A DNA stretch of 63,266 bases, filler included, from Globobulimina sp. (GCA_003354225.1; 15 parts of 15 records of this genome joined end to end with filler, not necessarily neighbours in it); one strand, 5' to 3'. Positions 25,121-37,734 are shown, numbered from the whole stretch's first letter. A program made the numbers and translations. The notes: generated from the sequence alone by a model not told the origin.

Positions 25121-25279
25121 AGAAACATTTTCAGAAACGTTTTTCAGGAACATTTTCAGAAACATTTTAATTTCCAGGACATTTTCAGAAACATTTTTAG
25201 AACATTTTCAGAAACGTTTTTCAGGAACATTTTCAGAAACATTTTAATTTCCAGGACATTTTCAGAAACATTTTTAGAA
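25121..25279. repeat. Minisatellite of 12-13-bp ACATTTTCAGAA variants with a 77-bp higher-order period
   Basis: Block AACATTTTCAGAAACGTTTTTCAGG recurs at 25124 and 25201 and runs into the contig end. It sits upstream of a splice acceptor of the transporter gene. Confidence 0.92.
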
Positions 25280-25748
25280 NNNNNNNNNNNNNNNNNNNNN
25301 NNNNNNNNNNNNNNNNNNNNNNNTTAATTAATTAANNNNNNNNNNNNNNNNNNNNNNNNNNNNNNNNNNNNNNNNNNNNACTCTCACAGAAAAAACTGTT
25401 TGATCCAGTTTCTGTTCAACCAGGTATGTAAAGAAGAAATATAAGCAAAGCAACACACATTACTCAATAAAAACAGACCCAATCACAAAATAAATATAAA
25501 ACTTGCACTTATTAAACACGTTCACTCCTTGATCATGACATTAATGCTGAATAAGTATTCCATATAACAATTAAACGTATTGCTTGACCCAAACTGTTAT
25601 GAATGGAATCAATGGATTGGTGGGTAATAGCATGGATGTAAGGTTTGGATGTTTAATTCAACAGCAATAAATCCGATAAATTGAGAATCTAAAAAACCTT
25701 AGGTTTTACCTTAATTTTAAGAAACATTTTCAAGCTTTAAATGGGGTC

Positions 25749-27762
25749 ATGAATGAAGGGCAAGTTTGTGACACCAATGTTGATGGTGAAGGCACATTCA
25801 ATTTTGCCAAGTGGGTAATCGACAGTGATTTAACTGAAATTAAGCATTTATTTTTCAAACATAGAGTCACAAAACGCGCATCATTAAGCATTGCATCACA
25901 CGAATTCCAATCATTGTTAAAAGATGCAGAGTTACAGCAAAAGCCATATTTATTTCCAATTGTAATGGATGCCCTCACCACAATTCCACCAATCGAAGCA
26001 CAGTTAATTTCCACATCATACTTATGTTATATTATGTTGTGATATATAATCTTCATAACTCACACATATATGCACCCGAATAATCAGAGATGTCCATGAA
26101 TACACTAAGAATTTAATATATGTCGAGGAGCAATCCGTTATTGATAATATGACAAACAATATTAAAATATTGGAAAACTCTTTTAATAAATTAAAAAAAC
26201 TAAAGTCAGAGCATATACATAGTATTAACACCGCGAAAGAAACAAAAGTAAAACAAATTGGCGAAACAAGAAATAAAATTAATAAATTATTTCTTGATAT
26301 AACTAATTCTGCAGAAATTAAGAAACAAATATTATTAAAAACATTAGAAAACATTGAAAAGGATATAAATATCCATCAAGAATCAGAAGGATTGGATGAT
26401 AACAAAGAGAATGATATGATATCGACTGCAATGCGAAAGTTAGAGAATGAAAAAGAATGTTTACATAATAAAATTAATGAATGTAAGACAATGATTGAAG
26501 CGGCGAATGAAAATAAAAATATTCAACGAAGGAAAACAAAAATAATTAAAATTGGGAAAGATATGACCAATAATTTTGAGAAAATACAAAATGAGTTGGC
26601 TGATAATATAAAAATAATACAAAAAACGATAAATAAAAATGAAAATGATGCTACACTGACAAATATTGATTATATTATCAATAAAAATAAATATAATGAC
26701 ATTGTGAATGAAATAAGCAATTTAGGAACAATTATAAATCGACAAAAACAAAAACAATCCGTGCAAAATCTAAAAATGGCAACAAATAACCAAACAAACG
26801 AATTAATGGCAGATTTGGTGAGGAAATCAAGTCAAATAACAAAACAAAAGGCGATTATTAATGATTTAAACATAACATTGGGAGTAACCGTCAGCAAATA
26901 TATGCATTTTCAAACAAAATTAATTGAAAGTTTATCATTTGCTGAAAATTCACAAATTCGATGGTATGTTAATAATGATAATGAAAGAAAATCAGATTTT
27001 AATGATCTGTCAATCGGTAAAATAAACAATGACTCATATTGTGTAAATATTATATTTACAGATAAAAACATTAAAAAACGCATTTCAAGAAATGATTTAG
27101 TACTAACTCCGCAGAACAATGATATGGAACATCTTTGTGATTTGGTATCGATTTTTAAATCAAATATCACTGAAAATATTTTGAAAAATATGGAAGCTCC
27201 AAAAGTGAAATTTGTTGATGTTGTTGGAATTTCGTGGGATAAAAAATGTAAATCAGCAAAGTTCAGTGTTAGTTGGTTCAACCAAAATGAAGTAAGATTT
27301 AATGGTTTGGATTATAATGAATATGGAATTGCTTTTTTATCTCATTACGTGAATGATGGTGAACATCATTGGACATTTCGAATGAATAAATACAAGGAAG
27401 GAACCAGTTTAATGATTGGCATTTGTGATAAAAATATTGCTATAAAAATGAATTTAAATATTAATTCATTTTTGGGAAGTTTAGCACATTCATGTTATGC
27501 ATTGATGGCAACGCAAGCAAAGTTAAATGTGTATAATAAAGATGATGCGTGGACGTATCCGGACAGTTATGGGGTGCGATGCAATCAGGGCTCACTTATT
27601 ACGATGGTACTCAATTATTTTAATTTAACATTATCGTTTGAGATTGATGGCAAATCGTATGGCAAAGCATTCGATGTTAAACATACTGGATATATTCCTG
27701 CGATATCTACCAATTTTTATGGGAATTCAATTGAGATTTTACGCTATCAAAAAATGGAATAA
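25749..27762 (+). CDS. Coiled-coil plus C-terminal SPRY/B30.2-domain protein, with a possible SAM-like N-terminal exon
   Basis: Long heptad-rich region, then DGEHHWTFRM, LMIGI, SYGVRCNQGSLITMVLN, LSFEIDGKSYGKAF and YIPAIS. The upstream ORF 25749-26002 is probably joined by an intron. Confidence 0.8.
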
Positions 27763-28203
27763 TTTTGCGTGTGTGTGTTTGCTGTAAATTTATTTATATG
27801 ATTGATGGTATTCTTTGAGTTTGATTTATCAGCACTGCTATGTTTCCCATAAGAAATATCACCATATTAAAATAGTTAAATAGTACAAAATCATGTGTTT
27901 AATAGTAAGCTTTTCAAACAAGCAATAACTATTTCTTTTAATTCATTCCCAAATAATCCCATAATGCAAGCACAACGACTCTAACACCTTTGGATTCACA
28001 CTATTGAGCTAATTTATTGTGGTGAGCTAATTTACTTTAACTTTTGGAGTTGGTATAACTTTGTGTTGAGTTTGGTATAACTTTGTCATTGAGTGGAATG
28101 GAATGTGTATATAATGTAAAATACTCTGGAGATTTACATGCACGAATTACATACAGTGCGAGGATGATGTATATATTCTAAAGCAGTGAGAGAGAGCAAT
28201 GAA

Positions 28204-28881
28204 TCAAGCAAGAAATTGATCCTCATCCATTCGTTTGCCATTCCATTTTCCAGGACTAAAAGTAATATTGTTTGGTCTCCACCATGTTCCTTTAAATGAA
28301 TTGAATGAATCAAATTTAAATTCAAATAAACCGTTATCATTTGAATTAGTTCTCCCCCACACTCCCCGTACAATATGTCTTTCATACGAGGTCACTGATA
28401 TTGTTTTATGTGATGTTGGTATTTTCCCTGTTAATGAATAATAACCAGATCCATTTTTTATTTCCATTAAACCAAATGTTGTATTCCATTTACCTTCCAA
28501 TGAAAATGAATATGAATATTCCGCACAAATTACACATATATTTATATCTAAATTAATATTAAAATTGTTTGAAACAATATATTGCAAATCGAATGCTGCG
28601 GAGAAATGTTTTCTTTTGAGATTAGAGAATGATTGACATGAATATAACATATTTGATATCACTCCATTTTCTGCATTTTTGTCCCGTAATAATTGTTCAT
28701 AAATAAAACATAACAATCTGTGCTTCAGACGATTTGCATCCATATTCTCTATCTCATTTTTTATTTGATATAATGAACTATGTTCTTTTTCTTCTTTTGC
28801 ATCATCAACATGACCCAACTTATTGTTTTTCGATGATACCGTGAGTATTATCTCACTTATTAACTCTACCGCAGTTGTCAT
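28204..28881 (-). CDS. Hypothetical protein with a C-terminal Gly/Trp-rich beta-barrel-like domain
   Basis: 225-aa ATG ORF with the pattern GKWNTTFG..G.Y..VRGVW..GLFEF..FKGTW..GKWNGKR. Confidence 0.6.
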   Translation of the reverse strand: MTTAVELISEIILTVSSKNNKLGHVDDAKEEKEHSSLYQIKNEIENMDANRLKHRLLCFIYEQLLRDKNAENGVISNMLYSCQSFSNLKRKHFSAAFDLQYIVSNNFNINLDINICVICAEYSYSFSLEGKWNTTFGLMEIKNGSGYYSLTGKIPTSHKTISVTSYERHIVRGVWGRTNSNDNGLFEFKFDSFNSFKGTWWRPNNITFSPGKWNGKRMDEDQFLA

Positions 28882-28939
28882 TTTGCAAAGGTTATAAGAT
28901 CCTTTAGTCTTTAACTTAGCCCTCTACCTTTCCGAAACC

Positions 28940-29505
28940 ATGGCAACCTGCAAAGTAAATTCAAGCTGGGAATGCGGAACTTGTACATTCGAGAATGCAA
29001 CTTGCAACAGTTTGTGTCAAATGTGTGGAGCACGGACACCGATTGTAAAACACAAAATTGATATCGATGCTAAACCGTCACGATGCACATTATGTACTTT
29101 TAAACCAAATGCATCCAAATGTTCAATATGTAGTCACAAGAGATCAAGAAATACGAATTATGCAATCAGAAAAGATATTGTTCAACGAATAGAGAATAAA
29201 TCAACAAATTTCATAAACCATTCCAATTCGTTTGATATTAATATTGGTAATCAATCAATATTTAAACTACAAAATAAATCATTTGATGGAATATGGAGGT
29301 GGAATGCTAACGGAAGTTGGAAGGATTTCGACATATTTGCTTCTAAACAAATCGACAATGAAATAAAAAAACAATGGCATCAAAATAAATACAATATTTG
29401 CTTCAAATTAACTGCAGGTCCATGGTTCACCCAATCCAAAAATAAAGGCATTTATATTTGTAATGTACAACTAAATCAATCAAGAAATAAAATACAATCC
29501 GTCAC
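28940..29505 (+). CDS. RanBP2-type zinc finger plus WWE-like domain protein (partial)
   Basis: WECGTCTFENATCNSLCQMCG, a second degenerate finger CTLCTF..CSIC, then WRWNANGSWKDFD..SKQID. Confidence 0.75.
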
Positions 29506-29605
29506 NNNNNNNNNNNNNNNNNNNNNNNNNNNNNNNNNNNNNNNNNNNNTTAATTAATTAANNNNNNNNNNNNNNNNNNNNNNNNNNNNNNNNNNNNNNN
29601 NNNNN

Positions 29606-29754
29606 TACTCTTTCGGTAGGAGAACGCCAACTCCTTTCCTTTGCCCGGGCTCTAGCGTTTGATCCGAGTATCCTGATTCTGGATGAGGCCACCAGTTCGG
29701 TGGATTCGGAGATCGAAGCCCAGATCGAAAGGGCCACCGACGAGGTCATGAAAG
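29606..29754 (+). CDS. Fragment of a bacterial ABC transporter ATPase (chimeric contig end)
   Basis: [42 protein letters not shown] contains the ABC signature, Walker B and D-loop. Confidence 0.9.
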
Positions 29755-30800
29755 TGATGAATTCCTCCACATTGACGGCGCCTCGTTCTTCGGTGTCAAT
29801 CCATTTGAAGACATCGTCCAATTCGCCTTCGCCAAGCATGCTATTATCGATATTCAAGGCGCGAAACACGGAACTCACCAACAATCGATCCAAATGGCGC
29901 GTGTTCTCCAAATCCACTTCCTCCCATATCGCAGTCACCGTATTCTCGTGGTCCTTCTACAGAAATATCAATATTTCGTGTGCTTTGTAAGTGATATATC
30001 CGTCAAATAAAAACAAAATATATCTATGTTTTAACTGTGAATTTATATCGATTCTTATAGCGAACGCGCAATGGCCGGATATCTGGCGAATTGCGAGGCG
30101 TTTCTTTGACTAAATTGGTGCCATAGCGTGCCTCCAACCATTCGCCCTCCTCATCCACAAAGACGCGAGTGACCAGGCCCCGCATCCACTTCTTTCTGCC
30201 GCGCGAATAAACTTCGACGCGCGAACCCCGCACCCACGAATTGCGAATTTGTATGTCGATGTCGTTTTGACTCATGTCGTCCAATGATTTGTTGGAGTTT
30301 GTGTTTGGTAGCGAGTTCAAAAGAGGTCCGCCATCGCTACGGATAGTGGCAGTGGCCGTTAATTTCACATTGTTCATATTTAATCCTTTGTGGATGGCGG
30401 ATTGTTGATGTTGCTGCGGTGGCGGTGGTTTAGTTGCATTCGTTTTGACCGGACGTATGGCGGATTTGTCATCGCGAGGGATTTGCTTTAATCGCATCAC
30501 TTTACCGCAGGCATATTGCACTTCTAACCATTCGCCTTCAGGGTCGACGAATATACGCGTTATGTCGCCTTCGTACCATTTCCTTTTGCTGCTGCTGTAT
30601 ACTTCTACTTTGGAGCCGACTTTCCATTGTTTGCGCTTCATGGCATCGGTGACCAGCATGGAGGATGAAGTGTTGTTGTAGTTGTTGTTGGATGGTAAGA
30701 GATTCGAGTTTGCGCCAAATTGGTTATGGTTTGGTTGGGGTGGATTTTTTTGACGTAAATTTCGAAAGGAGCCTTTAGCGACTCTAGGTTGACTATACAT
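29740..30800 (-). CDS. Protein with two Agenet/Tudor-like repeats plus an EF-hand pair; truncated by the chimera
   Basis: Repeats [25 protein letters not shown] and [25 protein letters not shown]. The downstream exon has EF-hand-like loops DLENTRHLD and [13 protein letters not shown]. Exact splice sites were not resolved. Confidence 0.7.
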
Positions 30801-30925
30801 TGCTGTTTGTAGCTATAAACTGGTATTCTGGTTTGTGTTTGTTACGTAATTCAATTAAATTGAACCCATTTACATTAGTTTAGTTTGGATAATGATTTTT
30901 TAAAATAAAAGCACGACTTTACTTA

Positions 30926-33138
30926 ATGTCTTCTCCTTCTCTATCAAGTACAGCGACACAAATGTGTTTCATGGCATTAGGATTCGTTTGTTTAGAGGGT
31001 GGTTATGTTCAGCACGAATATATCCAGACATTAATAATCAAAAATTTACAAAATATTATTTTTGGCTTTGTAATTTATGTCATTTTTGGCTATGCTTTCA
31101 GCGTTCGAAACTATGAATACATCGCATTATACAATTTACCATATTCGGAGTGGGATACAGTATTTACAAATGCAGCATTCTCGGTAACCGCAGCAACAAT
31201 TATGAGCAGCGCCATATTAGAAAGAATGAGAAATGTGGCATATTCGTTGTGGGTCTGTTTAATAATTTTAATAAATTTTTCCATTGTTAGTAGTTGGATA
31301 TGGCATACAGACGGATGGTTATTCAAATTAGGTTTCGTTGACTGTGCCGGTGCAGCTGTTGTGCACATGACGGGAGGTATTGGTGGTTTGATGCTATGCG
31401 CGTTTTTAGGACCCAGATATTCCTCGTTATCATCTATTATGAGCGACCCGTTGGACCAAAACACTAAACGTTTAAAAGCGAAGCATCGGCCCAGAAATTT
31501 ATTAATAATGTTTATGGGAACATTAATATTATGGTTTGCTTGGATAGGGTTCAATACATCATCGCCAATTTTTGGTCTAGTCGGTGATCCACACATTGTT
31601 TTGCCCGGATTGTTGACTGTGATGGTTCCCGCGATGTCCGCTACATCGACATATTTACTCAGTTATACGAAATGGCCGAATTGGAGTTGTCTTAAACAAA
31701 AAGGTATAAAACCAGGCTCGAATATATTACTAAGAAGCTCTGTTAATTTATCTCATGCAATTTTGTCTGGTTTAGCTGTTGTCACCGCATGTTGTTATAC
31801 AATAAATTTAATTTCTGCCATAATTATTGGTTTCCTTGTACCATTTCCCATATTTTGGGCATCCAGTTATTTACGGCACCATTGGTATATTGATGATCCA
31901 TTGGATACAATTCCAACACATTTACTTGGTGCAATTATTGGTTTATTAGCTGAGGGCTTATTTAGTTTTGATAATGGATTGTTGACCACAGGCGATTATA
32001 CACATTTTGCTGTGCAATGTTTGGGTATCGTTGTTACTTTGCTTTTTAATGTTGTTCTCAATTCATTTTGGTTGGTAATCTTTAGATTTGTAATATACAG
32101 AAACAAAGGCTTTAAAACAACACCGTTGTCCATCTGTTTAAGTACTTCGTCTCAAACCAATATTTATTATGAGATGGATTACGGATTGGCAATTAGAGAA
32201 TTAATGTTTGGCGATACCCAATTTACGCGTCTTTTACTAGCCACTTTTCATCGATATTTAAAGACTGTATTTTGTGAGGAACAGTTAGATTTTATCATAG
32301 CCGTCTATCGTTTCAGAAAATTGTTTGATCGTAAAACAAGTTAAAATAATACTATACAGTATCCGATATATTTATTATCTTAAAATTAAATATATTTATA
32401 TTAATCACCACAGCTTTGTCTAACACGCTTCCCAGAACAACTTCATCGACAGCTCCATCGTCGATTGCAACGCCGGCGGGACGAGCTTCACTGCCTTCAC
32501 ATACTGAAATTACTATTAATGATACTGGCGCTGATACGGAGACCGTTACACAGTCACACTCTGCATCGGACAGTGTCATTTTGAATATGAACAAAGAAAT
32601 TAAAAACGCATATAATTGTATTTGTAATGTATACATCCGAAATGGAGCAAGGCAACAAATCAATATTGATCATCGAAATAGAAATGTCATGATGGCTATT
32701 TATGATAAATCGAAAACTGCGGAAAGAATAGTTTGTGATGAAAATATCAATGAAAACGAATTATTTATTGATAATAATGAGAAGGTTGTAATTATTGAGA
32801 AAACTGTATTTAACAATGCGTTTATGACGGTAATGGGTCAAATTACAATTCATTTACGAGTATTAATGCAAAAATATCATGATGACACTCAATGGAAAAT
32901 AAAGAGAAATTCAAAACAAGATAAATATAAAGAAGAACCTTACACAGTGTTGACTGATACATATAAAATACATTGGTTTGACGATCCAGACACGGATATG
33001 CCAGAAATTTATAACCATGGCCATCATAGCGGACAAGCATCAATTTCACGCTCTCATAAAAGAAAAGAATCATATATTGAAGCACATTCTGGCAGAGTCA
33101 AATGTGTTGAAGAGCATATTGATGATATTTTACACTAA
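30926..33138 (+). CDS. Ammonium transporter (Amt/Mep/Rh) fused to a C-terminal RGS domain, 712 aa
   Basis: Amt motifs ATIMSSAILER, WIW..GWL, DCAG..VVH, LGPR, WFAWIGFN and DDPLD..PTH. In-phase intron 32340-32413. RGS motifs FHRYLKTVFCEEQLDFIIAVYRF ... ICNVYIRNGARQQINI ... VFNNAF. Confidence 0.88.
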
Positions 33139-33574
33139 ATAATTTATTAATTATCTCCCCATCGTATTATATTATTTATATATATAGATATTACTAAATA
33201 ATTAATTATATTTATACTATTTTTGCCACTCTACTCTTTTTTGATTGTTTGTTAAGATTATTGTGCATTATTACTTATATTTTGAATAATAATTTTAATG
33301 GACTTGCAGAGTCATCGATATATTATGTTTTTCATTTTGCTTATCCAAAAATTGAATAGCCAATCCGTGTAATTTTGTGTACACCAAATCTAAGAGGCAA
33401 CATATTAATTAATGTCTCGATCTTGTTGGTGGTTGATATTCCAAGACGACGACATGAAAAACTTGAGTTGACAAACAGAAAAGCAGTCAAATCAGCATGT
33501 CAGATGATTTTGGTGACGTTTACATTAGTTTAGTTTGGATAATGATTTTTTAAAATAAAACACGACTTCAGTTA

Positions 33575-33729
33575 ATGTCTTCTCCTTCTCTATCAAGTAC
33601 AGCGACACAAATGTGTTTCATGGCATTGGGATTCGTTTGTTTAGAGGGTGGTTATGTTCAGCACGAATATATCCAGACATTAATAATCAAAAATTTACAA
33701 AATATTATTTTTGGCTTTGTAATTTATGT
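33575..33729 (+). CDS. 5' end of a second, near-identical Amt gene copy (tandem duplicate, cut by contig end)
   Basis: Same first 51 aa as the 30926 gene with one synonymous change seen. About 55 bp of upstream sequence is also shared (33519 vs 30868). Confidence 0.9.
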
Positions 33730-33972
33730 NNNNNNNNNNNNNNNNNNNNNNNNNNNNNNNNNNNNNNNNNNNNTTAATTAATTAANNNNNNNNNNNNNNN
33801 NNNNNNNNNNNNNNNNNNNNNNNNNNNNNAATTTAATGGATGTCATTCATTCCTATTTTATCCATTCAGTTGACATTGGATTTAATATTGTAAACGATCT
33901 AAATATAAATATAAAGAATGAGAATGAGAATAATATTTATTATGATAATATTTATTATGATATGGTAATTAT

Positions 33973-36900
33973 TTGAACCCAAAAGCAGTTCCATTTATTC
34001 CCAGTGAAACATTGGTATCTCGTTACTGTGGAACTGATAATAAATATGATGCAGATATTGAAATGGATGAAACTAAAATTAATGACATGAACACTGTACC
34101 ATACCACGACCATTTTATTATTGACAGGACTCGAACAGTCTATGTTTGTCCCATTACAGACTGTGACAAACACCGCAACATTGATCACAGAATGTCATTT
34201 ATCGATTATTGGGTAAACAGACACATAAATAGCAAGAAACCTGTTAGATTCTATGGATTTGCTAAGAAGGCACAATTAAAAACACATTTAACCAAATTTC
34301 ATTTATTAGGTAACCCGAGCTCAATCCCTACAAAATATTTAATAAAAAATAATTATAATATTTGCAGAATTTGCAGCAAATTTTGCAAACGCACTACAGA
34401 CGCTCATCCAGGATGCACTCAGAAAGAAAATCAAATTTCTGTTTTGCCAGAATCATTAGTTCCATTCCAAAATGTTACATTAACAGAGATTCAGGCATTG
34501 CGACCGAAATTATTATTTGATATCCCTCAGTCGTGTCGAACATTATTTGCTGACATTTTGAGCCAAATTTTGGAATCATTGGCCAATAATAATGAAGACC
34601 ACGATTTTAACTTTAAATTGTATCATGTTTTTAGTAAAATGGTTTTATTAAAGCCACCTAAGCGTGGTGGCAAAAGTAAATATATGCAACGAGCGAAATT
34701 ATGTAAAATACGCTTGAAGCTGTTTCGTGACAAAAAATATGACTTATTATGGACACATTTATTGGATCACATGCAAATACTCACAAATTTGACACAGAAA
34801 CGTTCGAAACAACAACGAACTCAGTCAGCAGCAAATCGGATCGTAACCAATCGCCGCAGAGCGGTTAATTATGTACGCGAAGGAGACCTAAGCCGAGCGG
34901 CTTCAGCTCTGACCACCAACGGTATGGCACCTTGGACGGATAGAATTGTTCAACAAATGGTTGATAAGCATCCAACACAACAGCCGCCGGATATTTCTAT
35001 ATTTGACACGGATAATTTACCAGAAATTGATTTATTATCAGGTGAAGTCCACAAAACTTGCCTCAAACAGCAAAAATTTGGTGGTCCGGGTCCCAACCTT
35101 TTGCGCCCATATCATATCAGACAATGTGCGCGTAGTTATAACGGACGCAAATTGTCTAAAAGCATCGCAAAATTTGGCAGATATTTATTCAATGGACAAT
35201 TTCCGCTGCATTTAGGCAAATATTTCGCCGCGTCATCTTTGTTCGCATTATGGAAAAATAATAAATTGACAGATGCGAGACCCATCGCTTCCGGCGACGT
35301 TATTGACCGCATTGTCAGCCGGACAGTTATGAGAAACAAACGAGCGGAATGGAGGGAAATATTGGAACCAGAACAAGTTTGTTTATCTGAACGCGGCACA
35401 GAAAAATGTATCTTTGCCTGTGCGCATGCGATTGCTGCCAACGCAAACAATAAAAATTGGGTATTAGTAATGGTTGACATTAAAAATGCCTATAACACCG
35501 GAGACAGACAAATTAAATTATTAGCAACAAGCAAATATGCCCCAGAATTATTACACTTTGAGTTATTAAAATATAACGACAGTATCCCATTATATTTATC
35601 AAATGGTGATATTATTCAATCTCAGGCTGGTGGCAAACAGGGAGATACTTTGGCTGCTTTAAATCACGGTTTCTTTGATAAACATTTGATAGATTCTATT
35701 AGGAATAAAGAAATGTATAATGACTTATTAAATATTGCATATGCAGATGACCGACAGTTCGGTGCCGATTTAGAAACTGCAGCGGAGTTTTACAAAGAAT
35801 CAAAAACGAGTTTAGGTGCTGCGGGCAGTGAATATAAATCAAGCAAATGTACTATTTTTGTGCACCCAGAAAACACATTTATTAACCATGATGTTACGGA
35901 GTTAAATGAGGAAAAGGCCGAAAAATTGAGGAATAAAAAAATCAGAGAAATGTTCGGTGATTCAGATATTAAAATTACATACGGATTTAATATGGAATTA
36001 CTCGGAGCATTTTTAGGGAGTAACGATTATATCAAATCAAAAATTAATAAAAAAATTAAAGATTTACAATATTTAATGGATCAAGCTGCAGCATTGGAAG
36101 ACACCCAATCCGCTGCATTATTATTATCAAATTGTTTTGACGCGTGTCGTATGACCCATATCATACGTACGACTCATCCAAATATTATTATTGAAGCATT
36201 GAAAGATTTTGATTACTCTTTGAAAAACTCATTTGAACGGATTTTTGGTAAATCATTTACGGACTTTGAATTTATGGAATTATGCTTAGGTATTAAGGAA
36301 GGCGGACATGGAGTACGCACTATTGAAGATATTTCAATCGCGGCTTATCTGGGTTCCTATGCTCAAGCAATACCATACTTACAGACCATTGGTGATAAAA
36401 TTCATTGCGATTTATTATCTAATTATTTGTTCGATGATTTTGTCAAACTCAAACAACAATTTTGCGACAATTATAATGTGAATATTGATAAGTTAAGCGA
36501 CAACTTATTATTACAACAAGACACATTATCGGAATATATTAAGGAATTTAGATTAAATATATATGAATCAAATTTAGTCTCAGCAATTGATAAAAGTCGT
36601 CATTCAACGGCTAAAGCCCCTTACGCGGGAGCTTGGATTCGCGCAAAACCAACGCGCCCAGCAACATTGCTGCCGTCAATATCATACAAGCTAGCTACCT
36701 ATCAAAGATATGGGTGGCCAATTTTTAACTGGAATTTTGACGACAAAACTTGTACTGATTGCGATAAGGAAATGGATAAATATGGCACACATTGTATAAA
36801 TTGTGGAAGTAAAGACGGTGTTTTCACGTATACTCACAATAAAGTGCGTGATTGCATTGCTAACTATGCGAAGAGAGCTGGCTTTTTAGTTGAAAAGGAA

Positions 36901-37329
36901 AAGCCGGGTTTATTGGATTCTGGTGCGAAACCAGCGGATATTTATTTTTATAACTATTTACGTGGACAGGATTATGCTTTTGATGTTACGGTGGTATCAC
37001 CGTATAAATTAAACTCATTGGCAGACACTATACGTTTTCCGTGTATGTCAGCCGATAACGCCATTCGGAACAAATATAAAAAATATAGCAAAGATATCGA
37101 ATCGGTTCATTGGAAATTCCAACCGATTGCATTTGAGAGAAGTGGAGGGTGGAGTTTGCCCGCCCAACTACTTATTAAGAGGATCTCCAAACAATTTGGA
37201 TCGAAATATAATATCAATGAAAACATTATAATAAATTCAATCATTTCGGAGATAAGCTGTATACTCCTAAAAAGCACAGCATATATGATTGCAAAACGGA
37301 AGGTTGATAATGGCCCATCGGATTTATAA
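33973..37329 (+). mobile_element. Non-LTR retrotransposon with restriction-like endonuclease (CRE-like), single open ORF of 1118 aa
   Basis: N-terminal Zn-finger-like CPITDC..HLTKFH. RT: RPIASGD, DIKNAYN, QGDTLA, AYADD, ELLGAFLG. CTDC..HCINC knuckle and HNKVRD. RLE: KPADI..DVTV..KYKKY..PIAFERSGGW. Confidence 0.93.
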
Positions 37330-37407
37330 GCCTTCATTTTATTTTTATTTTTATTGCATTGTTTCTTTCTTTGTTTCTTTAATTTTCATGTCTTGTTTTA
37401 TCTTAAG

Positions 37408-37572
37408 AAGTGTACAATTGATAATGTAAAAAGAAAAATATCTCATGCAACTAAAATAGATGTGGATAAAATACGATTGCGTGATGCTGACAACATTGAA
37501 GCACCTCATATCACAACAGATGAACAGATGAAATATCATATTGAAAGAGGCTCCAAATTAGAGCAATATTGA
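37408..37572 (+). CDS. Probable terminal exon of a ubiquitin-like protein
   Basis: Pyrimidine tract and AG at 37406-07, then CTIDNVKRKISHATKIDVDKIRL..YHIERGSKL, a Ubl-like pattern. Confidence 0.45.
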   Translation, partial: KCTIDNVKRKISHATKIDVDKIRLRDADNIEAPHITTDEQMKYHIERGSKLEQY

Positions 37573-37734
37573 CAAATTAATTAAATGTCACATTTAATCA
37601 TGTTTCTTTTTGAAAGTGTTTTCGTTGTGATACTACAGCTGCAGAATTTTCACGCACAATCGCATTATAGTTGAAACTTGAAGTTCCTTTAGTCTTCACA
37701 ACTGAACAAAACTCAGCAAAAAACAAAATTCACA

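Noticed and set aside
25121-25279. Telomeric repeat, or N-terminus of the transporter as the ORF track suggests (MFLKMFLKNVSENV)
   Set aside because: It is an irregular AT-rich minisatellite upstream of a splice acceptor; the translation is incidental.
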